Shown: piece after piece, positions 41,119 to 55,880 of the stretch | How the letters are laid out: every line of letters starts with the position of its first letter | Position numbering within the stretch: the first letter of the stretch is position 1 | Source of the DNA: the human T2T-CHM13v2.0 reference genome, Homo sapiens | Direction: 5' to 3' (one strand) | Assembly (NCBI RefSeq): GCF_009914755.1 | Contig: NC_060937.1 | DNA length: 64,000 bases | Made by a program: the position numbers and the translations under genes | The notes under the pieces: generated by a model | Database searches by the model: none | Told to the model about the DNA's origin: nothing | What the model saw: only the letters and a program-made list of their open reading frames with translations

Positions 41119-41776
41119 TGTGATGGTTGATTTTAGGTGTTAACTTGACTCGATTAAGGGAGGCCCAGATAACTGGTAAAGCATAATTTCTGGGTGTGTC
41201 TGTGAGGCTGCCTCCAGGAGGAGACTGGCATTTGGGTCAGTGAACTGAGTAAACAAAACCTGCCCTCACCAATGAGGGCGGGCACCACCCAATCGGCCAA
41301 GGGCTCAGATAGAACAGAAAGGCAGAGGAAAGGTGAATTCTCTGTTTCTCCTGAAGCTGGGGCACTGGCTTCTCCTGTTCTCCTGAACTGCAGGTTCTCC
41401 AGCCCTCTGCTAGAACTAGGATAGAAGGAGTGCCAACATAACATCCTTTTACACACATAAGTAAAAGAGAGAAAATGACAATAGGAACTACATGACAATT
41501 GGACCCCAAGACTTGCACCTGCAGTCCCCCAGGTTCCCAGTCTCCGGCGTCAGACTGAGAGTGACACCACTGGCTTCCCTGCTTCTCAGGCCTTCAGACT
41601 TGGATTGAGCCACACTACCAGCTCCTCTGGTTCTCCAGCTCTCAGATGGCATATCGTGGAACTCCTCAGCCTCCATAATCACATGAGCCAATCTCTCTAA
41701 CAAATCCCCTGTCATCCATCTCTCTCTATATATATATCCTATTGATCTTGTTTCTCTGGAGAACCCTGACTAATAT
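41119..41776 (+). mobile_element. MLT2-type ERVL solo LTR with an internal insertion
   Basis: TGTGATGGTTGATTTTAGGTGTTAACTTGACT start and TTTCTCTGGAGAACCCTGACTAATA end. Confidence 0.85.
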
Positions 41777-41789
41777 GAGTGGCTACTAC

Positions 41790-42140
41790 CTAATTGGCAC
41801 TGTTCAGGAGGTGTACAAGTAGCAATGCCTGTACATCTTACAAGAACCCTGTGAGATAACATCTACAATCATCCCCATCTCACAGGGAGGTCAGTTGTTC
41901 AAGGTCCCATGAATACTAAGTGGCGTAGTTGGGATTCAACTCCTGGAGTTTGTCTTAGAACCCACACTTTTAACGATTATGCTATAACATCTTCCTCTAT
42001 TTACCAAGTCACTGACCAAATATCTAATAATTAAAAAAAGATGAGTAAATAGCTCAAGGCTTTACTTGGGTTGTTTCATTTGATCCTCTATGACCCTAGG
42101 ATGTAGGTCCTATTGTCATTATCTCTCTTTTACTTATGTG
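41790..42140 (-). mobile_element. MIR relics
   Basis: AACCCTGTGAGATA...CCCCATCTCACAG and TTTGATCCTCTATGACCCTAGGATGTAGGTCCTATT resemble MIR cores. Confidence 0.55.
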
Positions 42141-42290
42141 TGTAAACGATGTTATGGTTATAGCAGAGGTCCCAAAATAATGGGCGCTCTGTTCCACCAC
42201 CTTCCAAAAACAAGGTGCTTGTTCATCGCAAAGAGGATGCAAATCCCACTTCTGTCCAACAGGCTCTATGAAGAATACAAGAAGAGGTGA

Positions 42291-42825
<535 letters not shown>

Positions 42826-43042
42826 TGAAAACAACTGTGACTGCAGCAGAAAGGTTGAGGGAGGATTCGAATGGTGACAAAGCCCTTAGCCTGGTCTTTT
42901 TGCCATGATCCAGGTCAGAATGATTACGTAAGGCTGGAATATTTGCAGGATTGTCTTAGAATTCATGCTTGAAAATCAAACAATCATTCCAACATCTGGG
43001 ATAGCCTCTCTGCATTACGTAGCATGATATGGGCTGGAATAT

Positions 43043-43343
43043 TTTATTTTTATTTTTGAGACAGGGTCTTTTTTTGTTACCCAGGCTGGAGTGCAGTTGT
43101 GCAGTCATGGCTCACTGCAGCCTTGATCTCCTGGGCTCAAGCAATCCTCCCACCTCAACCTCCTAGGCAGCTGGGACTATAGGCACACACGACCATACCC
43201 AGCTAATTTTTTTTTTCTTCTATTTTTTGTAGAGACAGTGTCTCATGGTTACCCAGGCTGGTCTCAAACTCCTGTTTAAGCAACCCTCCTACCTTAGCCT
43301 CCCAAAGTGCTGGGATTGCAGTTGTGAGCCACTGAGCCCGGCC
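43043..43343 (-). mobile_element. Alu (J-like)
   Basis: Dimeric Alu body with J-type diagnostic positions. Confidence 0.9.
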
Positions 43344-43664
43344 TATTTTACATTTAAAGCAGGGCATGTTCTGTCGTCTGTCAGGCCTTATTTGAATATA
43401 ACTAAGAAAATGGGTGATTTGCTATTCATCCTAGAAAACTTTTTAAGAGTGCACGGTATATTTATTGTGCTTCTCCTAAAAGAAACACTGGGTGGCAGTG
43501 TTTTTACTCAAATGTTTTCAGAAGAGACCCAAAAGGAAAAGGCTTTCCTCTTTAAGGAATATTAATCCCATTGAACCAGCAATGACTAATAAGGCAATCT
43601 GCCTTCAATCAACCACGTGAACAGCCTGGGGTCAATATTACAACTCTAAATGCAGGGTTTAAAT

Positions 43665-43703
<39 letters not shown>

Positions 43704-43964
43704 AATACACCCCAAAACCAGAATGCCCAAAATAATATCTAGGATAAATTGGAAAAAAAAAAGTCCCTTGCCTCACCCACTTCCCAGCTCCATGCCTCAT
43801 TTTTAGGGGTATTTGAATTTTTCTAATAAGCCCAATAAGATGAAAATGTTACTTTATTTGGTTGAGTATACTATTATCATCCAACAAAGAAAGTGCTAGA
43901 ACTCTATTTTCTTTATGTACTATCACCAGAAAGTGAAGCTCATTAAGTGTCGTTAGAGACAGAA

Positions 43965-43980
43965 GCTGCCACCTGGTGCC
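43965..43980 (-). promoter_or_regulatory. Candidate CTCF site between LRCH1 and ESD
   Basis: Minus strand reads GGCACCAGGTGGCAGC, 13 of 14 to the core consensus. Motif evidence only. Confidence 0.55.
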
Positions 43981-46225
43981 AAAGAGACACAAATGAAATC
44001 GAAAATTCACTGGTCATGGATTGGAATCCCAGAGTTGGGCCAAATACAACAACAAATAAAAAAATATATATCTGATAAGCAAAAGACATTTTCTCTTGGA
44101 CTAGCAGGGCTATGAAAGGATGAGAAATTTACAAACTATGTTCTCTCTTCGAGGAAAATATTTTATTTCTATAGCCAACCATTCTTTGTACTGGCAGAGT
44201 AGAAACTAATAGCGCAATAGATAATCTGTGTGTTGGTGCTCACAATGTTGTCTCCTCTCACTTAAAAAGTTGTGGTTTAAAAAGTAAGCTTAAAAAGAAA
44301 TTTGGGAGGCACATTTGCCACACACACCCATACTATATGACTTTTAATTTATAATTGTATACATTAGCATACCAATATGCTATGTATATTATAAGGCATG
44401 CACAAAAATAGAAATTTTAACAGGAGATGATGAAATAAAAATAAATATAGACAGAAGCTCTAATCCTGTCCATTGGATGGTCTTGTGCACCCCTGAAGGA
44501 CGGCACGGGTCACTTTGAAGTTCAATGGCCCTAATGCATCTAGTCACTAACATCTGGATAAGATGACAGAGATTTCATGTGGGTATCTTGTCTTGCTACA
44601 CAGCCCTGGGAGTTAGTGTAGGGGTTTTTGTTTATTTACTCTGCTTTCCAGTGAGGAATTGGCCTTTGAAAGATGCAATGACTGGCCTGAAGTACCTTTG
44701 GGAGGCAGGACCTTACAAGGGTTTCTTCTCCTGAAAGTCTCATTATTCACACAGTCAGCTATGTTAATTCTATTTTTTTTTTTTAATTCCAATGTGTTTT
44801 TGAACCAGAACTTAAGTTCTCAGAAATACAAAGTAAGAAGCATGAAAATGTGTTTCTGGACCTTGGCACAGATGAGTGTAAGCACTGTTCTTTCTGATTT
44901 TCAACATTTATTAGTGTTTAAAATTAGTATTTTACAACTGAAAATATACATGAATAACTTTTTCTGTAAAAATGATATAATCCACCAAAAATAAAGCTTT
45001 TCTGGCTGTTATTTTCAACTCTGGTGCCCTCCTCCTCTTTCCCAGAAGTAACTCATTATTTCCATTCAGAACTTTTCCCATGAAATATATTTGTACCTAT
45101 AGCAAAATACATATTGTTTTGATGGCTTGTGAAAATGTAAACAGTGTCAAATTTTTCACCAACTTACTTTGATTCTTAAATATTTGGGGTTGTTTTCGTA
45201 TTTATTACAAACAAGGCTGCAATGCATGCCTTTACACAGGCCTCCTTTTGTATATCTTTCTCCACAAAGCTACTGAAAAATAATTTGGCAGCACCATTTA
45301 CAGAAAGGCTCATGTTTTCCTCACTGATTTGAGACATTGCTATTAACATACGCTAAATTTCTGTGTGGGTCTGTGGCAGGACTTTTCTGATGGGATGAAC
45401 TCTTCTGAGTCCAAACCCGTTTTAATTATCACAGCTTTATAATGTCTTGACAACTGGCAGAGCAATTTGTTCTCTCTCAAGCCGTCTTGGCATATTCTTC
45501 CATATAAATTTTATAATTAGCTTGTCAAGCTCCATGAACAACTTTGAGATTTTGATTAAGATTATATTGCATTTGTAGATTAATCTGGGGTATGTTTGTA
45601 GCTTTACAATATTGAGAGTTTTATTCCATGAATATGATATTGCTTTCCATTTAAGACTTACTTTATTTGCTAGAGGTATTATACAATTCTGGTTTGAGTT
45701 CTTTCTAGGTAGTTTTTTGTTGCTGCTGTGAATAGGATCATTTTAAAATAATTTTTATTAAACATAGACTTATAGAAAAATCACTAATTTTGAGACAGTT
45801 ATATTGTTTCTAGCCACTTTACGAAACTCTTACTGGTTCTAACACTTTGTCCTCCATTTCGACTGTAGTGGATGCCTCTTTTGTCATGGTCCCCTGTGCT
45901 GCTGTGGCCATCGCTGCATCTTTACTTCCCCCCACCACCCCCCCGGCAACCTCTGCCAATGTCTTCTTAGCTACTGCTGTTGCCATCCCCATCACTGGAA
46001 CACCAACAGTGACATTTCCTTTCTTCATCCGAAACCCCAATTCTTCAGATTACTTGGAGGCTAGGCTTCAAAAATGAAAGCTTAAAAAAAAATCTGGCTG
46101 TTTTAATTTTAAAGTGGCTTTCATTGCAGAAGGTCGATAAAACAATGTAATCTGTTACATACTGTATATACCCAGTGTGCCTAAATACAAGACAACCTTG
46201 AACATGAGAGGATCTGCATTTTTCT

Positions 46226-46526
<301 letters not shown>

Positions 46527-46759
46527 TGGATCTGCATTTTTCTAATGATAACATCCAAAACTTTGGCTAATTCGAATACATTTATACATTTTTAAATATA
46601 TAATTCATGCCTACTTGTCACAGATTTTATATGTATACTTTAAAAATACTTGAGATATGTCAGCTTGGAAATATTAAATATTCTGTTGTAAGATTTTATG
46701 ACATGGTTTTATCTAAACTCATTTGCATCGTCAATATCAGTAACATCACTACAGCCATT

Positions 46760-47053
<294 letters not shown>

Positions 47054-47249
47054 TACAGCCACTTTTTGCAGCAACTTTTCACATCACCTTCACTTCTAAG
47101 TGGTTTGAGATACAATATTACTTGAATTGATAAACGATGTAGCCACTGGAAATTGTATCCCCCAAGATAAGTATTCTTTGCAATAACATCAGGATTTTTA
47201 AATTCTTCATGCAGTAGTATATTTATGATCTTCACAGCATAACTACTTA

Positions 47250-48200
47250 ATATACTTTTAATGTAAACCTTATTAAAGTATAACACATATTAAAAAGTTT
47301 ATAAATCCTAAGTGTATGGCCTGATGAATTTTCAGTGAACATGCTCATGTACCAAGCACCTGGATGAAGATAGCATCACCAGTACTCTCTCCTGCCATGC
47401 TCCAATCACCTCTCCCTCAGAATGCCCCCCACCACCCCCTTCCATTGCCTTGCTATGTGTAACACCTCCTGTCTTCAATACTATGCATATAAAATGGTAC
47501 CAAGTTATTATATAGCACATAATTTGGTGTCAGGATTCTTTCTTCCAGATTATGATTGAGACCCCATCCATGTTGCTGCATCCAGTTATAGTGTGTTTAT
47601 TTTTATTCATGTAGAATATTTCATTGTATGAATATGCTCCAATTTTACTAATTCTGTTATAGATGGATTCAGGTTATTTCTAGATTTTGGCCATTGTAAA
47701 TGGTGCTGCTGTAAACATTCTCATGTAGCCATAATGTTCCTGTTAAGTACAGAAACATGCATTGAAAGGCTATAGGAGACGTGCTAAGTAAGGTCTGAGG
47801 CCTCATCAGACCTTACCAGTTTGCTAAGGTTGAACTAGACCTTAGCAGATCCTGCCAGATTGCACCTTATTAGCAGTATAATTCAGGTCGCCATGTTTCC
47901 TTGTCAACACCTGGGATTTTCCATTGTCTGAACTTTAGCCATTCAGGTGGGTGTGTAGGTTCATTGCATTGTAGTTTTTATTCGTATTTCCCCAGTCTTA
48001 CTAAGCACATTTTCAGGCATTCATTAGCCATATTTGTCCTATTTTGTTAAGTACAAATTTTTTGCCAAATTTTATGTTTTTAAGAATTTGTGAGAGTTCT
48101 TCAGGCATTCTAGATACAAGTTATTTGTCAGATATATGTGTTGCAAGCATCTCCATCTACTTTGTGGCTTGTCCTTTTACTCTTCATGGTGGTGGCTTTA
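47250..48200 (-). mobile_element. Old L1M relic
   Basis: CCATCCATGTTGCTGCAT, TGCTGCTGTAAACATTCTCATGT and TTTGTCAGATATATGTGTTGCAA are typical antisense L1M text. Confidence 0.65.
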
Positions 48201-48684
48201 CAGTATTACGTTTCTTCAAGAACATAATCTTCACAAGGGTCTTACATTGAACATAATCCAGGAAATGTCAGATTCCTTTACCTCCTTTTATACCTGATTG
48301 TCAGGTGACTTCTAGAAACACCCTAAACAAGCATTGGGAGTTAATGTTTAGGTTATGTATTGTTAACTATGTCACTGAGATGGAACCTTACAATATGAGA
48401 GACATTAAGATTGAACTCTTTCTAGTTGGGGAAACTCATGTTACATTTAGGCATTGATAAGGACTCATCCCTCCCCAGGCCAGCATTTGTGGCACAAAAA
48501 AGCAAGCTCAAATGTATTGGTTTATTATCCTCAACAGTCATTTCTGTTTTAACTAAAGGTCTTTGTCTTTACTAACATTAGCTGTTCATCAGCAATTACT
48601 TAATGAATATTTAAATGTTTTGCATTTACGTGTAAAAAAGCAAAGCAACTATTTTCTAACAATGATACACTAACTAACTTAGCT

Positions 48685-49480
48685 GTTTGTTACAGTCCCC
48701 TGTTATTCAAATACTAATCTAGGTGTTGCTATGAAGGAATTTTGCAGATAAAGTCCCTAATCAACTGACTTTAAAGAGGAGAGACAATCCAGTGGACCTC
48801 ACTTAATCAGAAGGCCTTAAAAGCAAGACTGAGGCCTCACCAGGAGAGAAGAAATTCCTCCTGTGTACAACAGCTTGAGCCCATGCCCAGAGTCCGTCCT
48901 GCTTGTGCCTGTCCCTTCCTGACTGCTGCTCTATGGATTTTGGACTTGCTTAGCCAGCCCTCATAATCAGGTATGCCAATTCCTTGTTTTTTTTTTTTTT
49001 TTTATATATATATATTTATTATACTTTTAAGTTCTAGGGTACATGTGCACAACGCGCAGGTTTGTTACATATGTATACATGTACCATGTTGGTGTGCTGC
49101 ACCCATTAACTCGTCATTTAGCATTAGGTATGTCTCCTAATGCTATCCCTCCCCCCTCCCCCCTCCCCCCACCCCACAACAGGCCTCAGTGTGTGATGTT
49201 CCCCTTCCTGTGTCCAAGTGTTCCCATTGTTCAATTCCCACCTGTGAGTGAGAACATGCGGTGTTTGGTTTTTTGTCCTTGAGATAGTTTGCCGAGAATG
49301 ACGGTTTCCAGCTTCATCCATGTCCCTACAAAGGACATGAACTCATCCTTTTTTATGACTGCATAGTATTCCATAGTGTATATGTGCCACATTTTCTTAA
49401 TCCAGGTATGCCAATTCCTCGTTTTTTAAAAAAAATCTTAATGTATATATCTCCTACTAGTTTTGCTTCCCTGGTTTAAA
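48685..49480 (+). mobile_element. MLT1-type MaLR LTR interrupted by an L1PA insertion
   Basis: AATACTAATCTAGGTGTTGCTATGAAGGAATTTTGCAGAT...CTTGCTTAGCCAGCCCTCATAATC, resuming after 49419. Confidence 0.65.
48985..49402 (-). mobile_element. Short 5'-truncated L1PA with a 17-nt target-site duplication
   Basis: L1PA 3' UTR text; CAGGTATGCCAATTCCT at 48968-48984 and 49403-49419. Confidence 0.95.
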
Positions 49481-50489
49481 CCTCAACCTCAATGATCTTA
49501 GGGACAATTGTTTTTCTTCACAAATAAATTACCAGCATGTAAAACGTTCATGAATGATCTTATTAGAAGACACAAGACTGTTTAAATGAGAACCATTCTG
49601 TGTACAGCTCATTCAAGGGCTCAACCTTGACTACTGATGTTTAAATAATACTAATTTTATAACTTTAGGAACTTAATGTCATTTTCTTCAGTTACCATAA
49701 TATGCATTCCTACTGAATGTTTAAAATTTATTTTTTAACAGAAAAAAATATATTTTTAAAGCAGCCAGGTTTTACTGGCTTCTATCATGTTTTACTGGCT
49801 TTTATCACATTTCAAAAAGTTTGTCTATTAAAAGTTCTTAAAGGAAAACAATTGGGTATTTACAGAGATATTACTTTTCTTGGTGAGCTCACCAAGTTAA
49901 ATCTCTGCTTGCAACTATGGGAAAATATTCATGTTTACAGTAACATATGAAACTAATACGTTTCCTTATTTAGCCATTTTCAGATTGAATCTTATTTAAT
50001 TCTTGAGAACCTTAATACACCCAAAAACCAATGTTCACAAATATATTAGACTCAATAGGTAAGAAAAGAAAATCTGTCTTCTAATATCCCACAAATAGCT
50101 GTGTAACGATGGGGAATTCATTTAACCTTTCTGAGCCTACCTCTTTATTCTGTAGCTAACAGTTATTAAATATCCACTAGAAATCAAGTGGATATTTGCT
50201 TTCTAGACACTTGCTAGACACTAGAGATACAACAATGAACATGACAAAGACAGTCCAATGTCTTCAGAGGCTTAAAGTCTGGAAAGGTGAGGAGTCTGGG
50301 CTAAATTACTTTTAAGTCTTCTGTTCCAGAGTTGCTACTCTATACTTCAAATAGGATTACATTCATATTCTATGACCTGGGATTAATACAAGAATTTCCA
50401 AACGACACTGAAAAAGCTATAGAGCATTAAAGATTTCCTATGTGAACACTTGTAAAATAACTTTTAAAATCAGAAGTAGGTTTTATATC

Positions 50490-50495
50490 TTTATT
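50490..50495 (-). terminator. ESD poly(A) signal
   Basis: TTTATT on + (AATAAA on -), about 140 nt past the stop codon. Confidence 0.75.
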
Positions 50496-50636
50496 CAGAG
50501 GTGATTCAACTATAGAATAAAGCCCTTTTAGCACTATAAAATCCAATGTTTTGAATTTTTTTTTTTTTTGCTCAGCAATACAGTTGCATTTTACAACTTT
50601 TATAATCCTGAAGAGATTCTCTTATTTGGAGTTTTT

Positions 50637-50717
50637 TCATGCATTCAGGTATTTAGCATGATGTCTGATGTGGTCAGTAATAAAGGTTGCAATGAAGTAG
50701 TAGCTATGATCATAACC
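50637..50717 (-). CDS. ESD: ESD last coding exon (catalytic His)
   Basis: ctag|GGT acceptor on the minus strand; GYDHSYYFIATFITDHIRHHAKYLNA then TGA; DHSY motif of S-formylglutathione hydrolases. Confidence 0.98.
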   Translation of the reverse strand, partial: GYDHSYYFIATFITDHIRHHAKYLNA

Positions 50718-51649
50718 CTAGAAGATAAAGAGATGATAAGACATTTATCTACCATTCAGGAACATCAGTATTAGGAACATTAAATATATCTCTAAGGTCG
50801 TTTAATTTGCTTACAAATAGTCATAACATTAAGGAAGTATGAGGAAGGTTTATAATAAAATCAAGGTTGTCATCCTTGTACTTTAACATTTTCACTGTAC
50901 ATTAAAAGAGCAGCAAAAATGTGAAGGAAAACTAAACATTCTGCCTAGCTTCTAAACATAGCCTAACTTCTAAATGCTGCCATTAATATGTAAAGAGTGG
51001 AAGTAACACATTAATTAAATATGCAGAGTAGACATGTCATATCAACACTGTAGAGTGCATTAAATATGCAGAGTAGACACTGTCATTGAAAATGACACTA
51101 TCAATTGACAGTGTCAGTTGATATGACACTGTCATATCAACCAAGATGAAAAGAATCAGGATTTAGAGATCTTAGAAACATGGGCAAGACATTTCAATTC
51201 ACAAATGCAGCACATCAGTAAGACAGTGACTATTAAAACACAAAATAAGCACACAAACAATATAGAAAAAGAACATAAAAATGCCCAAATGTTCTATCAT
51301 TGTTGGGAAGTCAAACACAGCCATCATAAATCCTGTTAACAATTCCTCCTACACAGTAAAAGCATGTTGTATCTTTATGTGAGGGGAAATATGTCATTAA
51401 GGCCTGACATCCCTTAGCAAATTAGGTAAAAAGTCAGTAATCCTTTGGAAAACTAACATGAAACAGAGAAAAATGCAATGTGCTAAGCAGTTAAGTTGAA
51501 AGAGATTTCTATCTATCCAGTCATTTAAAACCATTGTTGTAGGTAAATGGAGAAATAATCCCTTTCTGCTGACTCTGACACTTCTTCTGAATATAAAAAA
51601 TAGTCTTCCAAAAAAAAAATAATTACAATAAGGTATTAACGCATTTTCC

Positions 51650-52577
<928 letters not shown>

Positions 52578-55500
52578 GGTGGGAAGAACTTTCTAAGGGT
52601 ATCAAACACCAGATAATTTATCCCTATCTACAATTAAAATACAAGGTTGAATAAACCGAAAGAAATGAAAGTCTAACAAAGATTTTGTTTTTCCCATTTT
52701 GAACTAGTGAATGGTCACTGATGGGAAAAGATGGGAATTTTTCTAAGCACCTAAGAAATAAAAATAGAGCTAATAAAAATATCACTGACGCTTCAGAGAA
52801 CAAGGAAATCCCCAAGGTTTTGATGAATCAGTAAATGTTCTCAATCTCTCCCTTCCAGAGAGGTATTAAATGTTTATCTTGGGAACAGCTGTTAATAAAA
52901 AGTTCTAGTTTAAGGTCAAGGTAACTTAAGTCTTCTAAAGCAATCTGTCTTCTATCATGGAAGTGAATGTGACAGGAATGTTGTCAAGATTAAAGCTGAG
53001 CCTCGGAATTACTTGGTGTCATGTCTCTCAATGATTAGACTAGTCCCAGCTGGCTAGTTGAATTTAGAGCTAAATTACAGTTTCCTATATAAAGAAAGAA
53101 ATGTAAAGAAAAACATTTTCCATCCATATAATTCTTGAATTGTTAAGAAGTTAAACAGGCCTGGAGTTTTAGGCCACCAAACCTGTAAAATGTACCAAGT
53201 ATTATCTGCCATTTTTCACAGATCAAAAGATGGATCTGATAGAAAATGGGTACAGATGCAGGGAAACAGATATCTCAAAAGACTTGTGTGACCAAGTTCC
53301 AATGTGACTGAGTATGCCATATTTTTATCCTTAGTTTCTTGTGTGTTAAGAGCCATCAGACACATATGAATAGCCATCATTATTATTAGAGAAGTCCCAA
53401 GGTAAACCCAGGAATATATTGCAAGACAAGACATCTAAAATCCAAAACAAATGACCATAAGTTCCATAATGATAAAGATTCACCTATATGAGAAAGAAGA
53501 AAATGCCTGCCATTGAGGGCCCAAGAATTTTAAAAAATGTCAACAAAAAGGCAATAGAATACATTTGAACAATTGGTATCCTGCTGAAGTTACACAATTC
53601 GAGCTAATTGTATCATCCCTGACGAGGGTTTCTATTTATCAGTCTTATTAAATGGGGATGGCTTCTTTAATTAAATTCTTTGATGAATGAGTTGGTATGA
53701 TATGTTAAGCAGCTTGTGCAAATGCCTATGTTTAGTGACACTTGAAGGGGACTTTTCTCCTCTACCTCACACTTTAAATGGAAAATCCTTGGTAGCAAAA
53801 CTCTTGACTCCTGGAGTATAAAAATAAATGAACACCTTTCATTCTTTCATTCTTCACTCAGCTCTCAAAAAGGGAGCAGTGCTCCAGCAGCTATGATGGA
53901 TGTTTATCCTAACAGGCAGTGTTTTCTTATATATTTTCCAGACCCAATTAGAAAAGCTTGGATAAGAATCCCCAGGTTATTAAATCTCTTCAGTGTATAA
54001 GGAGGAAGACTTTGCACTGTATTCATTTAACAAGTATTGAGAGTCTCTGTGCTAGATACCTATGCTAAATAAGCATGGGATACAGAGATGAATGAGAGAG
54101 CTCTACATTTCTGGGATTCTCTGCCATGTTCTTACTCTTCTCTAGCAGGCAGATGCAGAGGCTAAAACAGCCTCTCAATCTTCAAAAAGGTCCTGAGACT
54201 TAAGGAGGTAGTATAGCCTCTCCTTCTATTCCACAAAAAGAGATTACTATTTCTGGAAACTTCTTCACAGTATTAGGTCACTAAATTTTTTTTTCTCACT
54301 GTGTAACTCCAATAACTAAAGATAAGACATACTAGGCCCTTCTTTTTCAGACTAAGATTTGATCTCTGTACACTAGATATCAGAATTCTGCTACCTAGTA
54401 TTTTTTTTTCAATTTAGATTCCCTGAAGCCAAAATAGAAAAAGAAAAAATTATATAAAATAATAACCAAATAAATATCCCCGATGCACTAACCCCTCTCT
54501 CTAAAAAATTTTTTTTGACATTCGACAGAGTATAAATATAAATTGTGAGCATTTAACACCATTAAAAAGAGGTAAAAGAATGAAGTTGAGTAAATCATGT
54601 GCATGATTGTAATTATTTTCTTTATTCTTTCTCAGATCGTTTATTTATATATATCCCCTATTATTTTCAGCTTATTTTTTACAGCTTCTATCCCACAAGG
54701 AAATACAGTTATACTATACTTGTAATCAAATGATAAAGCAGGTGATAAAACTCGCAGACCCAGGGTAATCTTGGGTCAAAGCTGGCAAGAAAATCTGAAA
54801 GCAGACTCTCTGGAGCCACTACTTAGGCATGCTCATTCAGTTGTTGATTCAATTACAACGAATCTCAACGAAATCCGCTTCAAGCTATGTAGTCCACTCT
54901 TAACCCGACCATGCTGGAAGTAAAGTGAATAGAAAATTGCACCTGAGCTCAACATTGTGACTCTGGTGCTTTGAATACTTTCTTACTTTTTTAGAAGAAT
55001 TGAATGGTTTGTCTTGACTCCTCATTAAGTATAGCCAACTATGTGTTCTAGTTGCTTGGGATACAGGCATTTTAGAAACAAATAAGTGGACTTATTTTTC
55101 CCTCCAGGAATGTCATCATGTTCTAACTGTGCTGTTTTTATAACAAACTTGAGATTTTCAGACTTTGTTGGCAGGCAGAATCATTGTAGAAACAACAGAA
55201 ATTTTGGGCCCAGTCTTTGGGGAAGCAAATGAGGTATCCAACATGGGTAGTGCCAAGAAATTAAGGTCATTTGGAAAAAACATGGTTTGGTACGCACTTA
55301 TAGCTATAGTTATTGCAGTTAAACGTATTACTATATTTATAGTCAAATTGGTATTTGGATTTCTCAAGGCTGGTTGTTGACCTAAAATTTAATTGTGATG
55401 GTAAATGTTCAAATAAATCTAAAACAAAATTCTATTACTCAAGGATGGACACTAAGAGACAAACAGTATATCATGTATTAGTTTTTGACATTTTCTCACT

Positions 55501-55679
55501 ATATAGTTCACATGTGCAAAATATCCCTAAAAACAGGAAGACTGCTCAGATCTTCTGCATAAGTTACGTAGGCAGCAAGCTATGCACAATTTCTCCTTGT
55601 GCTAGCTCTAATTCCATTCCTTTGCTCCTCAGGAGAATATCATGCCGTCTGAAAATGGCTTGATAAATGACAGGAGGTC

Positions 55680-55880
55680 AGTATTTGCAGTTAAATGGCC
55701 TTAGTTCCAGTTCTGGTTCCACCACTTACTAGCTATGTGGCCTTAGATAAGTAGGTTACTTCTCTGAGCCTGTCTCCTCATTTGTAAAACAGATGGATAG
55801 GAAAGAAATGATATCTCATTTGGCGGTATAAGAATTAACAATGAGTTAATGCTGTGAAAGCATTTTACAAACTAATGTAC
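55680..55880 (+). mobile_element. MIR relic
   Basis: CCACTTACTAGCTATGTGGCCTTAGATAAGT...CTCTGAGCCTGTCTCCTCATTTGTAAAA. Confidence 0.75.
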
